DNA from: Schmidtea polychroa
Taxonomy: Eukaryota
Length of the DNA stretch: 64,000 nt
Assembly: GCA_044892525.1 (NCBI GenBank)
Contig: CM097885.1
Span: forward strand, 32,862,001 to 32,926,000
Direction: 5' to 3'
A program made the translations under genes and the position numbers. Below are positions 22,748-35,377 of the stretch, in pieces; positions within the stretch are counted from its first letter, which is position 1, and every line of letters starts with the position of its first letter. Under the pieces are notes generated by a model. That model had not been told where the DNA came from, searched no databases, and saw nothing but the letters and a program-made list of their open reading frames with translations.

Positions 22748-23755
22748 TTAAGAATTTTTCCACTTCTTCAGCCACTCGATTCTTCTTTCTTTCGTTCCTT
22801 CTTGTGAATGTAGTTCGACTCGATGAGGTGATAGAAATCTGGCGATTTTATATGGGCCATCGTATTGCATACCATCCTTGTGCCTGTTCTGCGGCTCTTT
22901 ACGTACGAGTACCTCCTCCCCCACCTCGAAAACACGAGTGCCCCTCTTTGTCTTATCCATGGCTCTCATAGTGTCTGCGGCTTTACTCGAATTAAATCTC
23001 GCGTCTTCGATTCTTTCGCTTCTTGATATCTCGGCTTGTTTCAGGTTAGAGTGTAGGTTAACACTCCGTCCATAGATTATCTCAAATGGTGATAAACCTG
23101 TAGCACTTTGTCGACTGCTATTTATAGTGAACTCTATTCTGGGTAGAAGTTCGTGCCAGTTTCTCTCTTCACATCCGCCTGCCAATGTTGCTGTAATAAG
23201 ATCTCTTATCGTTCGTATGGCTCTTTCGGCTAAACCATTTGATTGGTGCTGATAAGGTGAGCTGAATTCCTGTTTGATTCCAAGTTTCTGTAGCTTCTGT
23301 CTTAGGAAATTCCCTTCGAAATTTCGGCCTCTATCTGTTAAAATGCTCTTCGGTTTTCCAAATCGATAGATCCAACTATTAAGTATTGTTTTGAAAATGG
23401 TCCCTTCGTCTTGCTTTGTGATTGCAGTTAAAGAAATCAGTTTGCTAAAACGGTCCACCATTACTACCATATATTTTTTCATGGCGTTTATTTCCATGTA
23501 AGCCACATCTAAAACAATCTGTTCTAGGAATTCAGAGCTATATCTAGGAATAAATGTTTCCTTGGTTCTTGTCTGATCGATCTTTCTCTTAGCGCAGATC
23601 TCGCAACATCGTAAACAGAGTTGGATTGTTTCTTGCATTTTCGGCCAATAAAATATCTTTTCCATATAATGAAATAATTTCTTAACTCCAATGTGACATA
23701 GTTCTTCATGTAGTGTTGTTGTTAACAGGCCTGCAAATGTTTCTGGGACTAACAT
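22748..23755 (-). CDS. retrotransposon integrase (HHCC zinc finger, rve core, C-terminal domain)
   Basis: HEELCH..CEIC; LDVA, VDRFSK, TDRGRNF, YQHQSNGLAER; YDGPYKI. Confidence 0.93.
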   Translation of the reverse strand: MLVPETFAGLLTTTLHEELCHIGVKKLFHYMEKIFYWPKMQETIQLCLRCCEICAKRKIDQTRTKETFIPRYSSEFLEQIVLDVAYMEINAMKKYMVVMVDRFSKLISLTAITKQDEGTIFKTILNSWIYRFGKPKSILTDRGRNFEGNFLRQKLQKLGIKQEFSSPYQHQSNGLAERAIRTIRDLITATLAGGCEERNWHELLPRIEFTINSSRQSATGLSPFEIIYGRSVNLHSNLKQAEISRSERIEDARFNSSKAADTMRAMDKTKRGTRVFEVGEEVLVRKEPQNRHKDGMQYDGPYKIARFLSPHRVELHSQEGTKERRIEWLKKWKNS

Positions 23756-23816
23756 TAAGATATTTTTGTTCTTTTCTACTGTTATTAATCCTCCATCAAT
23801 TCGTGTATTTTTTACG

Positions 23817-24599
23817 TTAAAAGGAAAACAATTCTTTTTCTCTTCTTGATCTGTGGTGACTAAATTGGTCCTCTGGTAGTCTTCTTTGTGATGATGTATG
23901 CATGGGATCTTGGGTATTCTTTTGAATTCTCATCTTCCATCCCTCAGTCACGCTAGCGTATGTTCTTTGACCGATTGCTTTAATAAATTCTGTTTTATGG
24001 TTTCCATTTTTGTTACTTTCAAAAATTTTCGCCAATGATCTCGTTTCTTCAATTTTTGTTTCTGGTTTCGTCAATAGTATCTCTCTCAGTCTCGCATCGC
24101 GTGCTTTATTTGCGATGAGATCTTGAACAATATCTTCTTCTGATCGTCCTGAATTTATAACTTCAGCTAAAGCTTTCCTTAGCCGTATTTCAAAAGCTGC
24201 AAACCTTTCATCATCTTCCTGTTCCATAGCTGCCAATTCTCTGATTTTGTCAGTTATTGATTTTGTAATTGTGAACGTATTTAAGAACCACGCTTTGGCT
24301 TTTACATCTGTTGTTTCTGTTTCTCTGACGTTTCCCCACAATGTCTTTGCTTCTGCCACTAATAACACATCGAAAGTGCTTGTCAATCGCTGTCCATTTG
24401 TCAGCAACCATTCTTCTATATCCCTGATCCATTCTTCGGCTTCTTTTAAACCTCGTCCATCATATCGTCTGATGTTCAATGTGAGCATGTCTTGGCATGA
24501 TTTCGGTAGGCATTCCATTAGCGATTTTGTCGATTTTGAAATGGCGTTGATATTTTGATTTTCGGCGTGGTCGCCAGTTAAATCCATCTTTAGATCCAT
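23817..24599 (-). CDS. gag-like protein of the LTR element
   Basis: 260-aa ORF starting in the 5' LTR; YDG..AEEWI and QEDDERFAAFEIRL (major-homology-region-like). Confidence 0.75.
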   Translation of the reverse strand: MDLKMDLTGDHAENQNINAISKSTKSLMECLPKSCQDMLTLNIRRYDGRGLKEAEEWIRDIEEWLLTNGQRLTSTFDVLLVAEAKTLWGNVRETETTDVKAKAWFLNTFTITKSITDKIRELAAMEQEDDERFAAFEIRLRKALAEVINSGRSEEDIVQDLIANKARDARLREILLTKPETKIEETRSLAKIFESNKNGNHKTEFIKAIGQRTYASVTEGWKMRIQKNTQDPMHTSSQRRLPEDQFSHHRSRREKELFSF

Positions 24600-25502
24600 C
24601 TTTAAATTTGCAGCAAAAATCTCGAAACTAACAATATATATTTAATCAAAGAATTTCTAAATAACAAGTTTTAATTAATTCGCAAAACCGCCAATTCCAA
24701 ATTATTTAAACAAACAGATATCTAACTTAACAATTAATAAATATCTAATTAATGTATAGAAGTTGTCAGATCTATGCACCTATCGATGATTCATTGTATT
24801 AAATTCAAATTTTATCATAAATGCAATTTTTATTTCGATGTGAAATGAAAATCAAATTTTCTCTAGGGAATGATGCATAATTTGTCCATTTTCGCCAATG
24901 AGTTCATTTCAAACTTGTTTATATTTTTATTATAAAATGATATGATATGTAATTTTCCCACGAATTCTCATTTTTTGTCTTTAATAAACTTTAAACTTGT
25001 AGCAAGGGCTTATCATGTAACTTACTATTTATATTATTGTGGATTGATACAGAAAGCCATAGTTTTATATAATTTTTTTATTGTGATATTTGAAAAATAT
25101 ATTTGTTTAAATAATTAATGTTGAATTTGACAGCACCCTTTGATAATTTGTGGGAATTCAAATAAATGTCAAAATAGATATTGATAATGATTTCCTTTCA
25201 TTTTTAAGAAAACCTTGGACCTTGCTCTACTAGTTGCAACCAAGGATGCTTTCCCAAAATTTATCAACCGGTTCGCAGTGATATTTTCTTACAAATTTTT
25301 TTATTTTTTTAATATTAATATTTCCATCAAAATATTATGGTTTGTCAGAGTAGCAGACTAAGTCAAGAATATTTAACTATCGTTCAGATTCTTTGCAACA
25401 ATAATGTAATAGGATAAAAGAGAATAAAAAAATAATTCAACGAGGTAAAAATCACTTTTATTTTATTTATTCATTTCAAGAGATACAAAATTTACATTAA
25501 AA

Positions 25503-25717
25503 AAACTGAACATAACAAAAAAATTGTGAAATTGCATATATTAGTAAATATTATTGTTATAAAGTAATTATATTATTTAAAATATTTCCAAATAGCTAAT
25601 TGATTTTCTGTGAACTGAACATAACAAAAAAATTGTGAAATTGCATAAATTAGTAAATATTATTGTTATAAAGTAATTATATTATTTAAAATATTTCCAA
25701 ATAGCTAATTGATTTTC
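25503..25717. repeat. 110-bp tandem duplication
   Basis: AACTGAACATAACAAAAAAATTGTG..GCTAATTGATTTTC twice, one substitution seen. Confidence 0.9.
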
Positions 25718-25739
25718 AGTATATTCTTTCGGTTTAGAT

Positions 25740-26430
25740 TTTTTAACCCTGGTATCATCTGCCGAGTTATGCTTCATCAACCAAGTTTTTACATAGGGAA
25801 CTGCGTTTTTATTAGATTGATGAAAAATACAATATATTTTGTCCATGAAAACTTTAAAATGATTAACCTGTTTGATATCGTTTATGGAATCATCTAAAAC
25901 AAGTTGTAGACGGTGATTGAGGCAGTGCTAAATAATAACATTTGGAAACATCTCTTTTATTCGAACGCTGATGTTTTTTCTCTAATGTTTTTTTAGTGTT
26001 TTTCTCTAAATCAATGGTACTTCGTAGTATTTTCTTTTTTTTACAACCATTATCGTCCCTGCACTTCTTACGACCCACTTTAATAATAAGCTGCAAAATA
26101 TTAAATATTGGCTTTTCGACTAATTTCGAAAAAGATTTGACGAAAAAACAGGGCGAATATTGAAAAAGACTGGTGGGAAAGAATATTGGAGTTCCATTGT
26201 ACATTTGCACATGATTTATTTCCAATCGACGATCAAACCTTGAAGTTCTTTAATATTTTCTTTCTCAACACGAATAAAAATATCAAAGTCAGAACAATCT
26301 TCAAAATTATAATCATCATTTTCCTTTTCAAAACTCAATACTTCGTCCACAGACAATTCCAAGGTTTCTTAGTGCTTTCAACTACTTCCAAACCACCCTC
26401 TTCATTGTCCATAGGTATACTCACTTTAAA
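25740..26430 (-). pseudogene. ZNF862-like hAT transposase relic
   Basis: [50 protein letters not shown] (CxxH motif) at ~25800-25958; outer boundaries approximate. Confidence 0.65.
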
Positions 26431-26599
26431 ACTCATTTAGAATAACTAAATATGGTTAATCAATGAAGGAAACCAGAGCAAAATTTTATTTAATTTTTGA
26501 TTTCACCTTTTATCTTTTTTTAATTCAATAATTTTCATATTATCATATGTAAGACTATAGATCAAAACAATATATAAGGTGCAATATATTTCGGAATAG

Positions 26600-27385
26600 T
26601 GTGTATAAGGTGTGTATGCATATCCGGTTTTAAAAAGGAAGTTATGAAAGAGATGAAAGCTAAGCAAATGGGTACCACAAGATTTGCAAATGATGAATAA
26701 ACTAGAGCGATTTAATATATGCTCTTCACATCTTAGTCAGTTAAAGGGAGGGATTTTTCGATAGAATTATGACATGCTATGAAAAGTGGATCATATACAA
26801 AAATTCTAAGCGAATGCATCATTAGGTCAAAAGAAACTTTTTCTGTATGTTTAGTGAACTTCTAAATGAATTATTCATGAGTTTTTAAAAATAGGAGAAA
26901 CCATTAAGGCTGACATCTATTGCAGTCAACTCAATCAAGTTCAAGAAGAATTATTGAAAAAACAGCAAGCATTGGTGAAAAGAAAGAAAATTTAATTTCT
27001 TCTAGACAACGTTCGACCTCAAGTGCCTAATAGTACTCTTGGCAAGATAGCAGAGCATGAATGGGAGATTATGTTTCATTTACCATATTTTCACCTAACC
27101 TCTCTCCAACAGATTTTCACTTGTTTCTTAGTTTGGATAACCATATAAAAAGTAGATGTTAAATATTGATAGTGATTTTAAAAGGAAGTGAATAGGTAAA
27201 AAAAAGAATTTTTATAAAAACAGCATAATTAAATTGCTAAATTTGTCGGAGAAAGTTATAAAATGTGAAAGTTCAAATGTTGATGAATAAAAATACATAA
27301 CAAAAATTCAAAATATGCTTTTTTATTTATCCATATAAAAATCGGTAAAACCTTTTTATAATGCATTTTATAATTGTATTAGTTA
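26600..27385 (+). mobile_element. mariner (DD34D-type) transposase relic
   Basis: GETIKADIYCSQL, FLLDNVRPQ, WEIMFHLPY/SPNLSPTDFHLFLSLDNH with stops and frameshifts. Confidence 0.8.
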
Positions 27386-27563
27386 AATAATTCACAGTCC
27401 AAAAACCATTAATTCCCTTTTTTGAATTTTAAAAAGTTCTGTTTCCCACGCACTTAACTGATGCCTATTTTCTTATATCTAAAATTAATTTAGTAAATAA
27501 GTTTTCAATAACTAAATGTTTATTTAAATTTAAATATTGAAAGTAATTTTATGGAAAAATATA

Positions 27564-28863
27564 CCGTGCGATTCATAAGTCTCCGACTCTAAAACTAAAA
27601 CAAAACAACAAAACACAATATAATTTATACTCACATATCTATACTCATTGATATTAATTATTATTCACTGATTAATAATATGGGGGAAGCAGCTGGTGAT
27701 GTTAAATTTTCGCTTGCGGATAGTGTTTATAGTAAGCCATGCAATAGTCTACCAGAGTAGTGCCGAAGCTTGCCAAAAATTTCAATAATATTTCAATCGT
27801 GCACCTCCAGCTAGAACAACAGTGCAATACTGGAAACAGAAGTTTGAAGAAACTGCAAACTTATCCACCAGGTTTCGATCAGGAAGATCGTCTGATGAAA
27901 TCATGAAGGTAAAGGTGGTAAATTTTGTAAAAGAGAATGATGGCACAAATCAACGAGAAACTGCACGAGTGTGTATGACTTCACAAACTTCGGTTCACAG
28001 ATATCTCAAGGAAGAAACAATAAATCTTTTCAAATATTCTTTTAATCAAGCATTGAGATAAGATAATCCCGATAGGAGGGTTGAATTCTGTTCTTGGATA
28101 GTCAACGAAAAAGTGTTAATTTCCATAGAAAGATTATTTTCTCAGATGAAGCTTCGTTTTATCTAAACAGTCTCGTACGAAAACACAATCTCTTTTATTA
28201 CGCTAAAGAGAATGAACATCGTTTGTTATCTGTAGCACTTAAATCACCTAGACTGACTGTTTGGGCGGGTATTTCATACGATCTTGGTGTAACCTTCAGT
28301 ATCAGTCATGAAACAATGAACAAAGAGCGGTATGTCACTGTTTTAAATCAAAAGCCGTTGTCCTTCTTTGGAAATGACAAACAACATTGGTATCAACACA
28401 ATGGTGACCGTCTCATTTCAGTATTTCAGCACGATAATGGCTTGATCAACATTTTCCACATCGGTGCATTGGTCGTAGAGGACCGAAGGAATGGCCACTA
28501 AGATCCCCAGACCTCGCGATATTGGACTTTTGGCTATGGACTACATCAAAGATTGAGTTTATGCTATCCATAACAATTATACAACTCTCAATGAACTTTA
28601 AGAAGCAATTTCATATGAAATAATAAACCTAAATCAAGAAGTCGTCGGTAAATGTTATTCAAGCTTCAGGAAACGATGTAATCTCTGTTTGGAGGAAGAT
28701 AGTGAACATTTTGAACAGTTTCTATGAAATTGCTTATTATTTTCCGTTATTTGTTCTTACTGTTATTGTGTTTTGTTGTGCAATAAAGTAACTCAATATA
28801 TTCAGTTTGTTCTTGCTGTTGTTTTATTTTAGTTTTAGAGAAGGAGACTTATGAATCGCTCGG
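27564..28863 (+). mobile_element. full-length Tc1/mariner-superfamily element with disrupted transposase
   Basis: TIR CCGTGCGATTCATAAGTCTCC / GGAGACTTATGAATCGCTCGG, TA both sides; IIFSDEASF, VWAGIS, WYQHNG, WPLRSPDLAILDFWLW. Confidence 0.9.
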
Positions 28864-29990
28864 TATATTATTTCATCAATTTTCTCTACTTTTTTTTGGT
28901 TTCATGAAATTGTTCAATTTGGTAAATGAGCAATTTAATTGGCTGACGGGTTATTTATTGCCGCTAATCAAATTATGGTAATCGTTAATTTTATTGGATA
29001 TCCCAAAAAAACTGGAAATATGAATATAAAACCCATTAACTTTGGTTATCAAGTTATTAAATGATGGAAAAAAATAACCTGACAGTTACAGACTAATAAC
29101 GTGGGTAATAAGAAAAACATAAAATCGCTCGTCGCGAATACACAACTTAAACTTCCGATGACTGTGAGCCAAAATAAATCTTGACTATCATTATTTTAGA
29201 GAAATCAAATAAAAGTTAAAACTTCAAAAACTGCACTTTTTCTTGAAAAATTGTAAAATATTGTAAAAACTTGAGATTTACATCTCTCGGGTCATAGTTG
29301 ACCGGGAGACGAAATCCGATTTCGGGAGACTCCTGGCAAAAATGAAAGAGTTTGCAAACCTATATATAGTGAGACTTTCCTCTGTTGAACAGATAAATTT
29401 TGAATAAGATTTTTCTTATATGGGAAAATTATTTTCTATCTATATATGTCATTCACAAATTGCTATCCCAAATAAAGTTAATAATGACAAACATACCCTT
29501 TTCTTGAGATAGGCAAGCTTCATTCACAATTACAAAAATTAACAAAATAGAACTAAAAATCAAAATTCGGTTTTCAATATGCATTTGATTCAAATAATAC
29601 GAATTGAAATGAATAGATTCGAAATTATGCATTTAAACAAAAATAAAGTTAATTATATTTGGAAAACTGGCGTTAAAAATTAGAAATAGAATTTCAGTAA
29701 TTGTTAATAAATATTAAATGTTTTTCGTTATTATTTTTTCTAAATGACAAAAGGATAATAATAATAAATTTTAACAATTGTCTCTAATATAGTTAAAATA
29801 TCAAAGATAAATTTAAAGAGTAATTTACAAATTCTTACACAAAATAGATTAATAATTTAAAGTTTTTGTAGTTGTCTTTATAATTATAAATGTGTGGAGA
29901 GATGCAACATCAGCACTGAATTCACATGGAACATCTGGCTGCCTTATTCACTTTTGAAATAAAATAGTTACTGTTCTGTTGGGTATATTT

Positions 29991-30936
29991 AGGGTTTATA
30001 CAAAAACCGAATTTCAATTTATCCATAAAACCGGTTAAAATCGTTTTCCGAATTTTTCTTCATTTATTTAAAAACTAAAAAAAAATCTTATTTTGCAATT
30101 TATTTAATATGTAGGGAACTAGAAAAGACAAAATAAATAATTATGCCAACTAAAAAACTAAAATCGGTCTAATCAAAATCTTTATTTCATACAAAAAGAA
30201 ATTATAAATTTTTATGTCATTTAGTATTTTTCTTCAGAAAATATGATTTCAAAAAATATAAACTGTTCACTGAACGATTACTTAATCTCGTTCTTATTTT
30301 GGAAACACTATTCCTTGAAATAGAAAATACTCTTTCATTGGCTACTGAACTTGGTTTAATGGTTTTTAGGCATCAGAATAATAAATCTAAATTCCTTGTT
30401 CTTTTATTGATTGCCTAATAAATTGAAAATTCAGCCTTCAGTGTCTTTGCATTTGATATTATTTCTTCAGGTTCCTCGAGAAACTTATGAATTGATTTTT
30501 CCATGGCTTCCTTTAGAGCCTTGTCATTGCTTCGATTGCTTTCTCCGCCTCCTCCTCCTATATATTCATCTATAGAATCAGAATCTGTTTCCCTTTCCAC
30601 TGAAGAATTTGGATATATTCTGAACAATATTTTTTCAGATAACTTAATAATATCCAATTTTGAAGCTTGTGGGAGTACACTATCAACACGAACAGAAGTT
30701 TTATTTGCAGAAAGGTTTTGTGGATTTTGCAAATATTGTAAAAGGGATATCAATCCAACTTGTCTTTCATTAATTTGAGTTAGTAAGGCATTTAAAAATT
30801 TGGAACTAATATCAGTCTTTAAATTTTTTAGTTCATTTATTAAAAATTCAATTATGCCTTCATTTGTTAATAAATTGGAATCTTCTTTTGATTTATTAAA
30901 TTCAATACGCAAGTTTTCTTCTTGTCTCTCGTCCAA
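29991..30936 (-). mobile_element. 3' part of a hAT (Ac/ZBED-like) transposon
   Basis: LKAEFSIY*..LKTIKPSSVANERVFSISRNSVSKIRTRLSNRSVNSLYFLKSYF; terminus TAGGGTTTATACAAAAACCG at ~29991. Confidence 0.75.
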
Positions 30937-32689
30937 CTGCTTTTCTGATTTTCAATAATTCATTTAAAATCTCCTTTCAAATTTCTCTCGTAGTAATTTT
31001 TTCTCCTCTCTTCTAGTTAGTATCCGGTTTTTATACCTTGCCATCCAATGGCACTTATTGTTAATATATTATTTTTTTTCATATATTCCACTGGGCACTC
31101 CGCAATCTCTGACAGTTGTCGAGATATGTATTTTTGACTATCCCATCTCTCGGATTTCTCTTGTCCTTACTTTTCCTTACCTCAAATAGGCCATCAAGAT
31201 AACAAGATAATTTTAACTTTGTATTTGCTTTTTGTTTCGCTTCTTTTACGCTTGTACTTGTTAATTAAGAATTACTTTCTTTTATTTAATTGTCGGCTTT
31301 TATTGATTTTCTTCTGTTTCCTTCTCATTTTTCAATATCTCGTTTCTACTCTTATTTTACTGTGTTCCAGAACAATACCCCATTAATTTATAATCATTTC
31401 ACCCAATCATTTTACGCATTAAATAATTAAATTTTTGTATTATTATTTAGGTATCCTCAACAGTTCTAAAAATGATGTGAATAAGGCATATTTCTGTAGG
31501 ACAAGTCTCTTCAATTATTCAGGATACATGTTAGAAAAATCTTTTTGGTCACTTTGGTCTTCGACCAGCATGGCGACTTGGTAAAATTTTGAGATTTTTT
31601 ATTTGGACTCTCTTTTTCCTCATCTTTCAAATCAAACACAGTTACTGATCAATGAGGAACCAGAAGGCTTTTTTAATTGTTTTCATTTTACCTTGATGAG
31701 CTATCATTGACCTGTCAAGGTTTTGGATTTCTTTCCTAATTAAATATTTTTATTTTTCTTAATTAATTAATTAGTTTGTATTTTCAAAATAACTTTGTTT
31801 AGAGACCTCCAGTAAGTTATATATTACTATATTCACATTTATCTTATCATTTGCCACCCGCTCAAGTTTATTTCCCCGAAAAATATTGATTTTTATTCTT
31901 TACCAATTTTTAATTAATTTTGCATTTTGCGTTAAATTTTATATATTAATTGCTTTGCATATAATTCTGTGTTTACATTTATTTTAATTTACCCCATCAA
32001 ACTTATCCAAATTGTAATTGTTCAGATAAAAGGCATGTATCAGAAATAGAGCTGAGAGAGGCTATATTCGAATTTAAAAACTAATAGTTCAATAAAGTAA
32101 TAAATTTGTTCGAATTTAGTTATTGATATAAAAACATAAAATATTATTTTCATTTCGAAATTTCTATAAATTTATCACATTATTTAATAGGAATATACAC
32201 ACAAAAGTCATAATTACTTTCTTGCAAGTAAAAAATACAGATAGTATAATAAAATTGTGACACGAATATAAATACGAAAATGCTATAATTATAACGGTGA
32301 AAATTTAAAAATTAATTAACAATAAATATTCACAATTTGAAATACACAGAATAACTACTAATAACTACAATATATGATAAAACTGGTTTTTTTTCAATAG
32401 GTTAACTTATGCAGTTTTTCATGCTGACTAGAAATCTGAAGTCCATTTTTCCCACCACATTCAGATTTTAAACAGCAGCATATTCATTTTTCTAAGCAAA
32501 GTTCCTCACGGAATTTCATGTGAATGAGTGATTTTAAGAAGCAATTTAGTTATCACGTGAATATTTGAAGATCCAATATTTAAGTTTAAGACAAGGTGTT
32601 CTATACATGTATTTTCAAAAAGACCATAATAATATATGATCTTTAAATAGATGAATTACAATTATGATCTTTTCCACGACTTCCGTTGG

Positions 32690-32960
32690 TGAGTAATCAG
32701 TTTGTATCTCTTCAAATATCAACAGTAATCCGGCATTTTATTCACGATCCAGCGGTCTTAATATCCTCTTTCCATTTTGGAAAGGTCCAGGTGGAATCAT
32801 TCTCAGTTCTCCTCAATGTACGTATCTAAGTTTTCACTGAGGTATTGCAGGTGAGAATAGAGGATATATAATTTCACACTCATTTGACAACTGAATTTCT
32901 TAAAATTTTTATGAGTGTTCTAACATATTGACCGTAATAGTTATCAACGCTATGTTCAAC
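32690..32960 (-). pseudogene. DNA transposase C-terminal relic (possibly Sola2-like)
   Basis: CQMSVKLYILYSHLQYLSENL..FHLDLSKMERGY*DRWIVNKMPDYC resembles the HSHLD..GERFHQDI..ADYCW transposase family; superfamily label uncertain. Confidence 0.55.
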
Positions 32961-33600
32961 ACAATTTCACAAAATATGTTCAAAAAACTATTTTGTGATA
33001 TTGTTCAATAATTTTGATACTAAGATATGCTGATTACATAGTGCAACGACGACTATCTCTGTCTCCCCATATTATATAATTTACAGACTGACTACAGAGT
33101 ACTCTAATTGCTATGTTTTTTGATATAATTTTTTTTATTATTATTTCGAAAAATATGAACAGATAATATAAATTCAATGAAATTTAAAATAAATTCATTT
33201 AAAAAAATTAAATAAAATTTCCGGTATTGGTACAAAGAATAGAAAAACTGTGGACAAAAATAGGCAATACAGTTAACAGTGGAAGAAAAGTAATAGCAAT
33301 AATAACATTCTTTGGAAACAAATGAAAAATTAAAAAAATTATGTATAAATTTTACTTTTTTGTTATTATTTACATATTTTAAAAATTTTCAATTTCCATT
33401 TCCATATTTAAAAAATTTTTCAATTTCCATTTTCAAATCTAGAGTTAAATTTTTTAAAAATTTTAAAAAGAAAAATTAACATGTTAAACGTTGAAATAAC
33501 CTAACTTTAAAACCAATGGTATCAAACAAAAATGAGTAAGGCAATGAAAATGTTTGTTTAAATATTCACTAAATAAAATGTATTTGTATATAATTTTAAA

Positions 33601-34635
33601 ATGTTAGAAGAAATTCAAAATTTTAAACTCATTAGAAAAATCGGTTCAGGCTCATTTGGTGAAGTATTTCTCGCAGAAGAAAAATTCAATGGATTGGTAT
33701 GTTTTTTATTTAGTTAGAAATTATTTTATACCACATAGCAAGTAGCAGTGAAAAAAGAATCAAAAAACACACCAACACCCCTTCTTCGGTTTGAATCAAG
33801 TGTTTTAAAATATCTACAAGGGGGTCCTGGGATTCCTCGATACAGGTTTTAATCTGTTTTGATTCTTCTCTGTTTAATTACAGTTTTAATTCAGATGGTT
33901 TGGAACTCAAGGGAATTTTGACGTTCTCGTTATGGACCTTTTAGGGCCAAGTATTGAGCAATTATATGATTATTGTAGTAGAAAGTTTTCAATGAAAACA
34001 ATGTTAATGATTGCTATTCAGTTGCTAGAAATTATAAAATTTGTTCACCACAAGAATATTATTCATCGAGATATAAAGCCCGATAACATCTTATTTGGTT
34101 TAGGCCGAAATAGGGACGTTGTCTATCTAATTGATTTTGGGTTATCGAAAAAATTCCGTGATGCCAGAACAAATCTCCATATTCCATTCAAGTAATGAAA
34201 AATGATTTTAACTACCAAATTAGCATGTTTAATTCCAGAACCGGCAAATCACTGCTCGGTACAGCCAGATATTGTAGCATAAATACACATTTAAATTATG
34301 AACAATCTCGAAGAGATGACTTAGAATCTATTGCCTATGTTTTGATATATTTCTTGAGAAGCTCACTTCCTTGGCAAAATATCAAATCTATAAAATCAGA
34401 AAAATATCGTTTAATCGGAGAGAAAAAGAAAGCAACCCCAGAAGAAGAACTTTGCAAGGGAATGCCAGTGGAATTTATTTTGTTTTTAAAGTCTGTCAAA
34501 TCTCTGAAATTTGATGAAACTCCAAATTATTGTGAATATTCACGAATGTTTAAAGATTTATTTACTAGGCTTAATTTCATAAATGATAACGGATTTGATT
34601 GGACACTTATTAACCAAAGAACGAGAAAATTGTAG
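33601..34635 (+). CDS. CK1: casein kinase I family kinase, 298 aa; exons 33601-33696, 33739-33845, 33895-34191, 34239-34635
   Basis: [64 protein letters not shown] introns of 42, 49 and 47 nt give one 897-nt frame. Confidence 0.95.
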
Positions 34636-35377
34636 AATTAATATATTTATACTTATTTTCATTTTATTCTATTTTTCTAATCATTTATTTTACTATTTCT
34701 ACTGTAAGAATTCCATGTAAAACTATAATTTTCGTTTCCATAGTTACTGGTGTAAAAGTACTACTTATAAATTTGTGAGTAGACATACATACCCATTACA
34801 ATATAATAATTATTATATAGTTATATCGATTTTTAATGATCTAATTCGACCAATCGTATGACGACACTACAACATTCAAAGAATACTAATATCCAATCCA
34901 CATAGAGGATATGCGCACATATTTGATGAAATGATTACGAATTCCAATTAGTAATTTTAAATTAATTAATTTTTATTTTTAATATTTCATTTATTCTCTT
35001 TACGACTATCGATAACATTCATTTCCCTCTATAATACAGATTTCAGGTATTCAAATAGGCAGTGTCGGAAATCTTCAAAAGAAATTTCAAAAGACTTGAA
35101 AATAGAGAACAATAGAGGAATAAAATGTCCTTGTTTTTAGAAAAGAAACAATGTAAAATAATCATTTAATTCATATATGTAATTATAATTTTAATTTCTT
35201 CATTCAATTAAAAAATTAACAAAAAATACAAACAAATATCAATCTAAATGGTTTTATTTAAACAAAATATATTGTGAAAAATCAAAAATATACGTAAATT
35301 TGCTTCATTTTTTTCTTATTTGAATGTTCTACATTTTTATCAAATACTGGATACAACTCAAGCGGACAAAATTAACT

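Larger units (their letters stand above)
22587..24727 (-). mobile_element. Ty3/Gypsy-type LTR element with gag and integrase but no protease/RT/RNase H
   Basis: 152-bp apparently identical LTRs (22587-22738, 24576-24727; AGT..ACT ends), 5-bp TSD TAACA, PBS TGGCGACCACG, PPT AAGAAGGGGAG. Confidence 0.93.

Noticed and set aside
31000..31740. Possible LINE C-terminal relic or host exons
   Set aside because: Too degenerate; no diagnostic motif could be read confidently.
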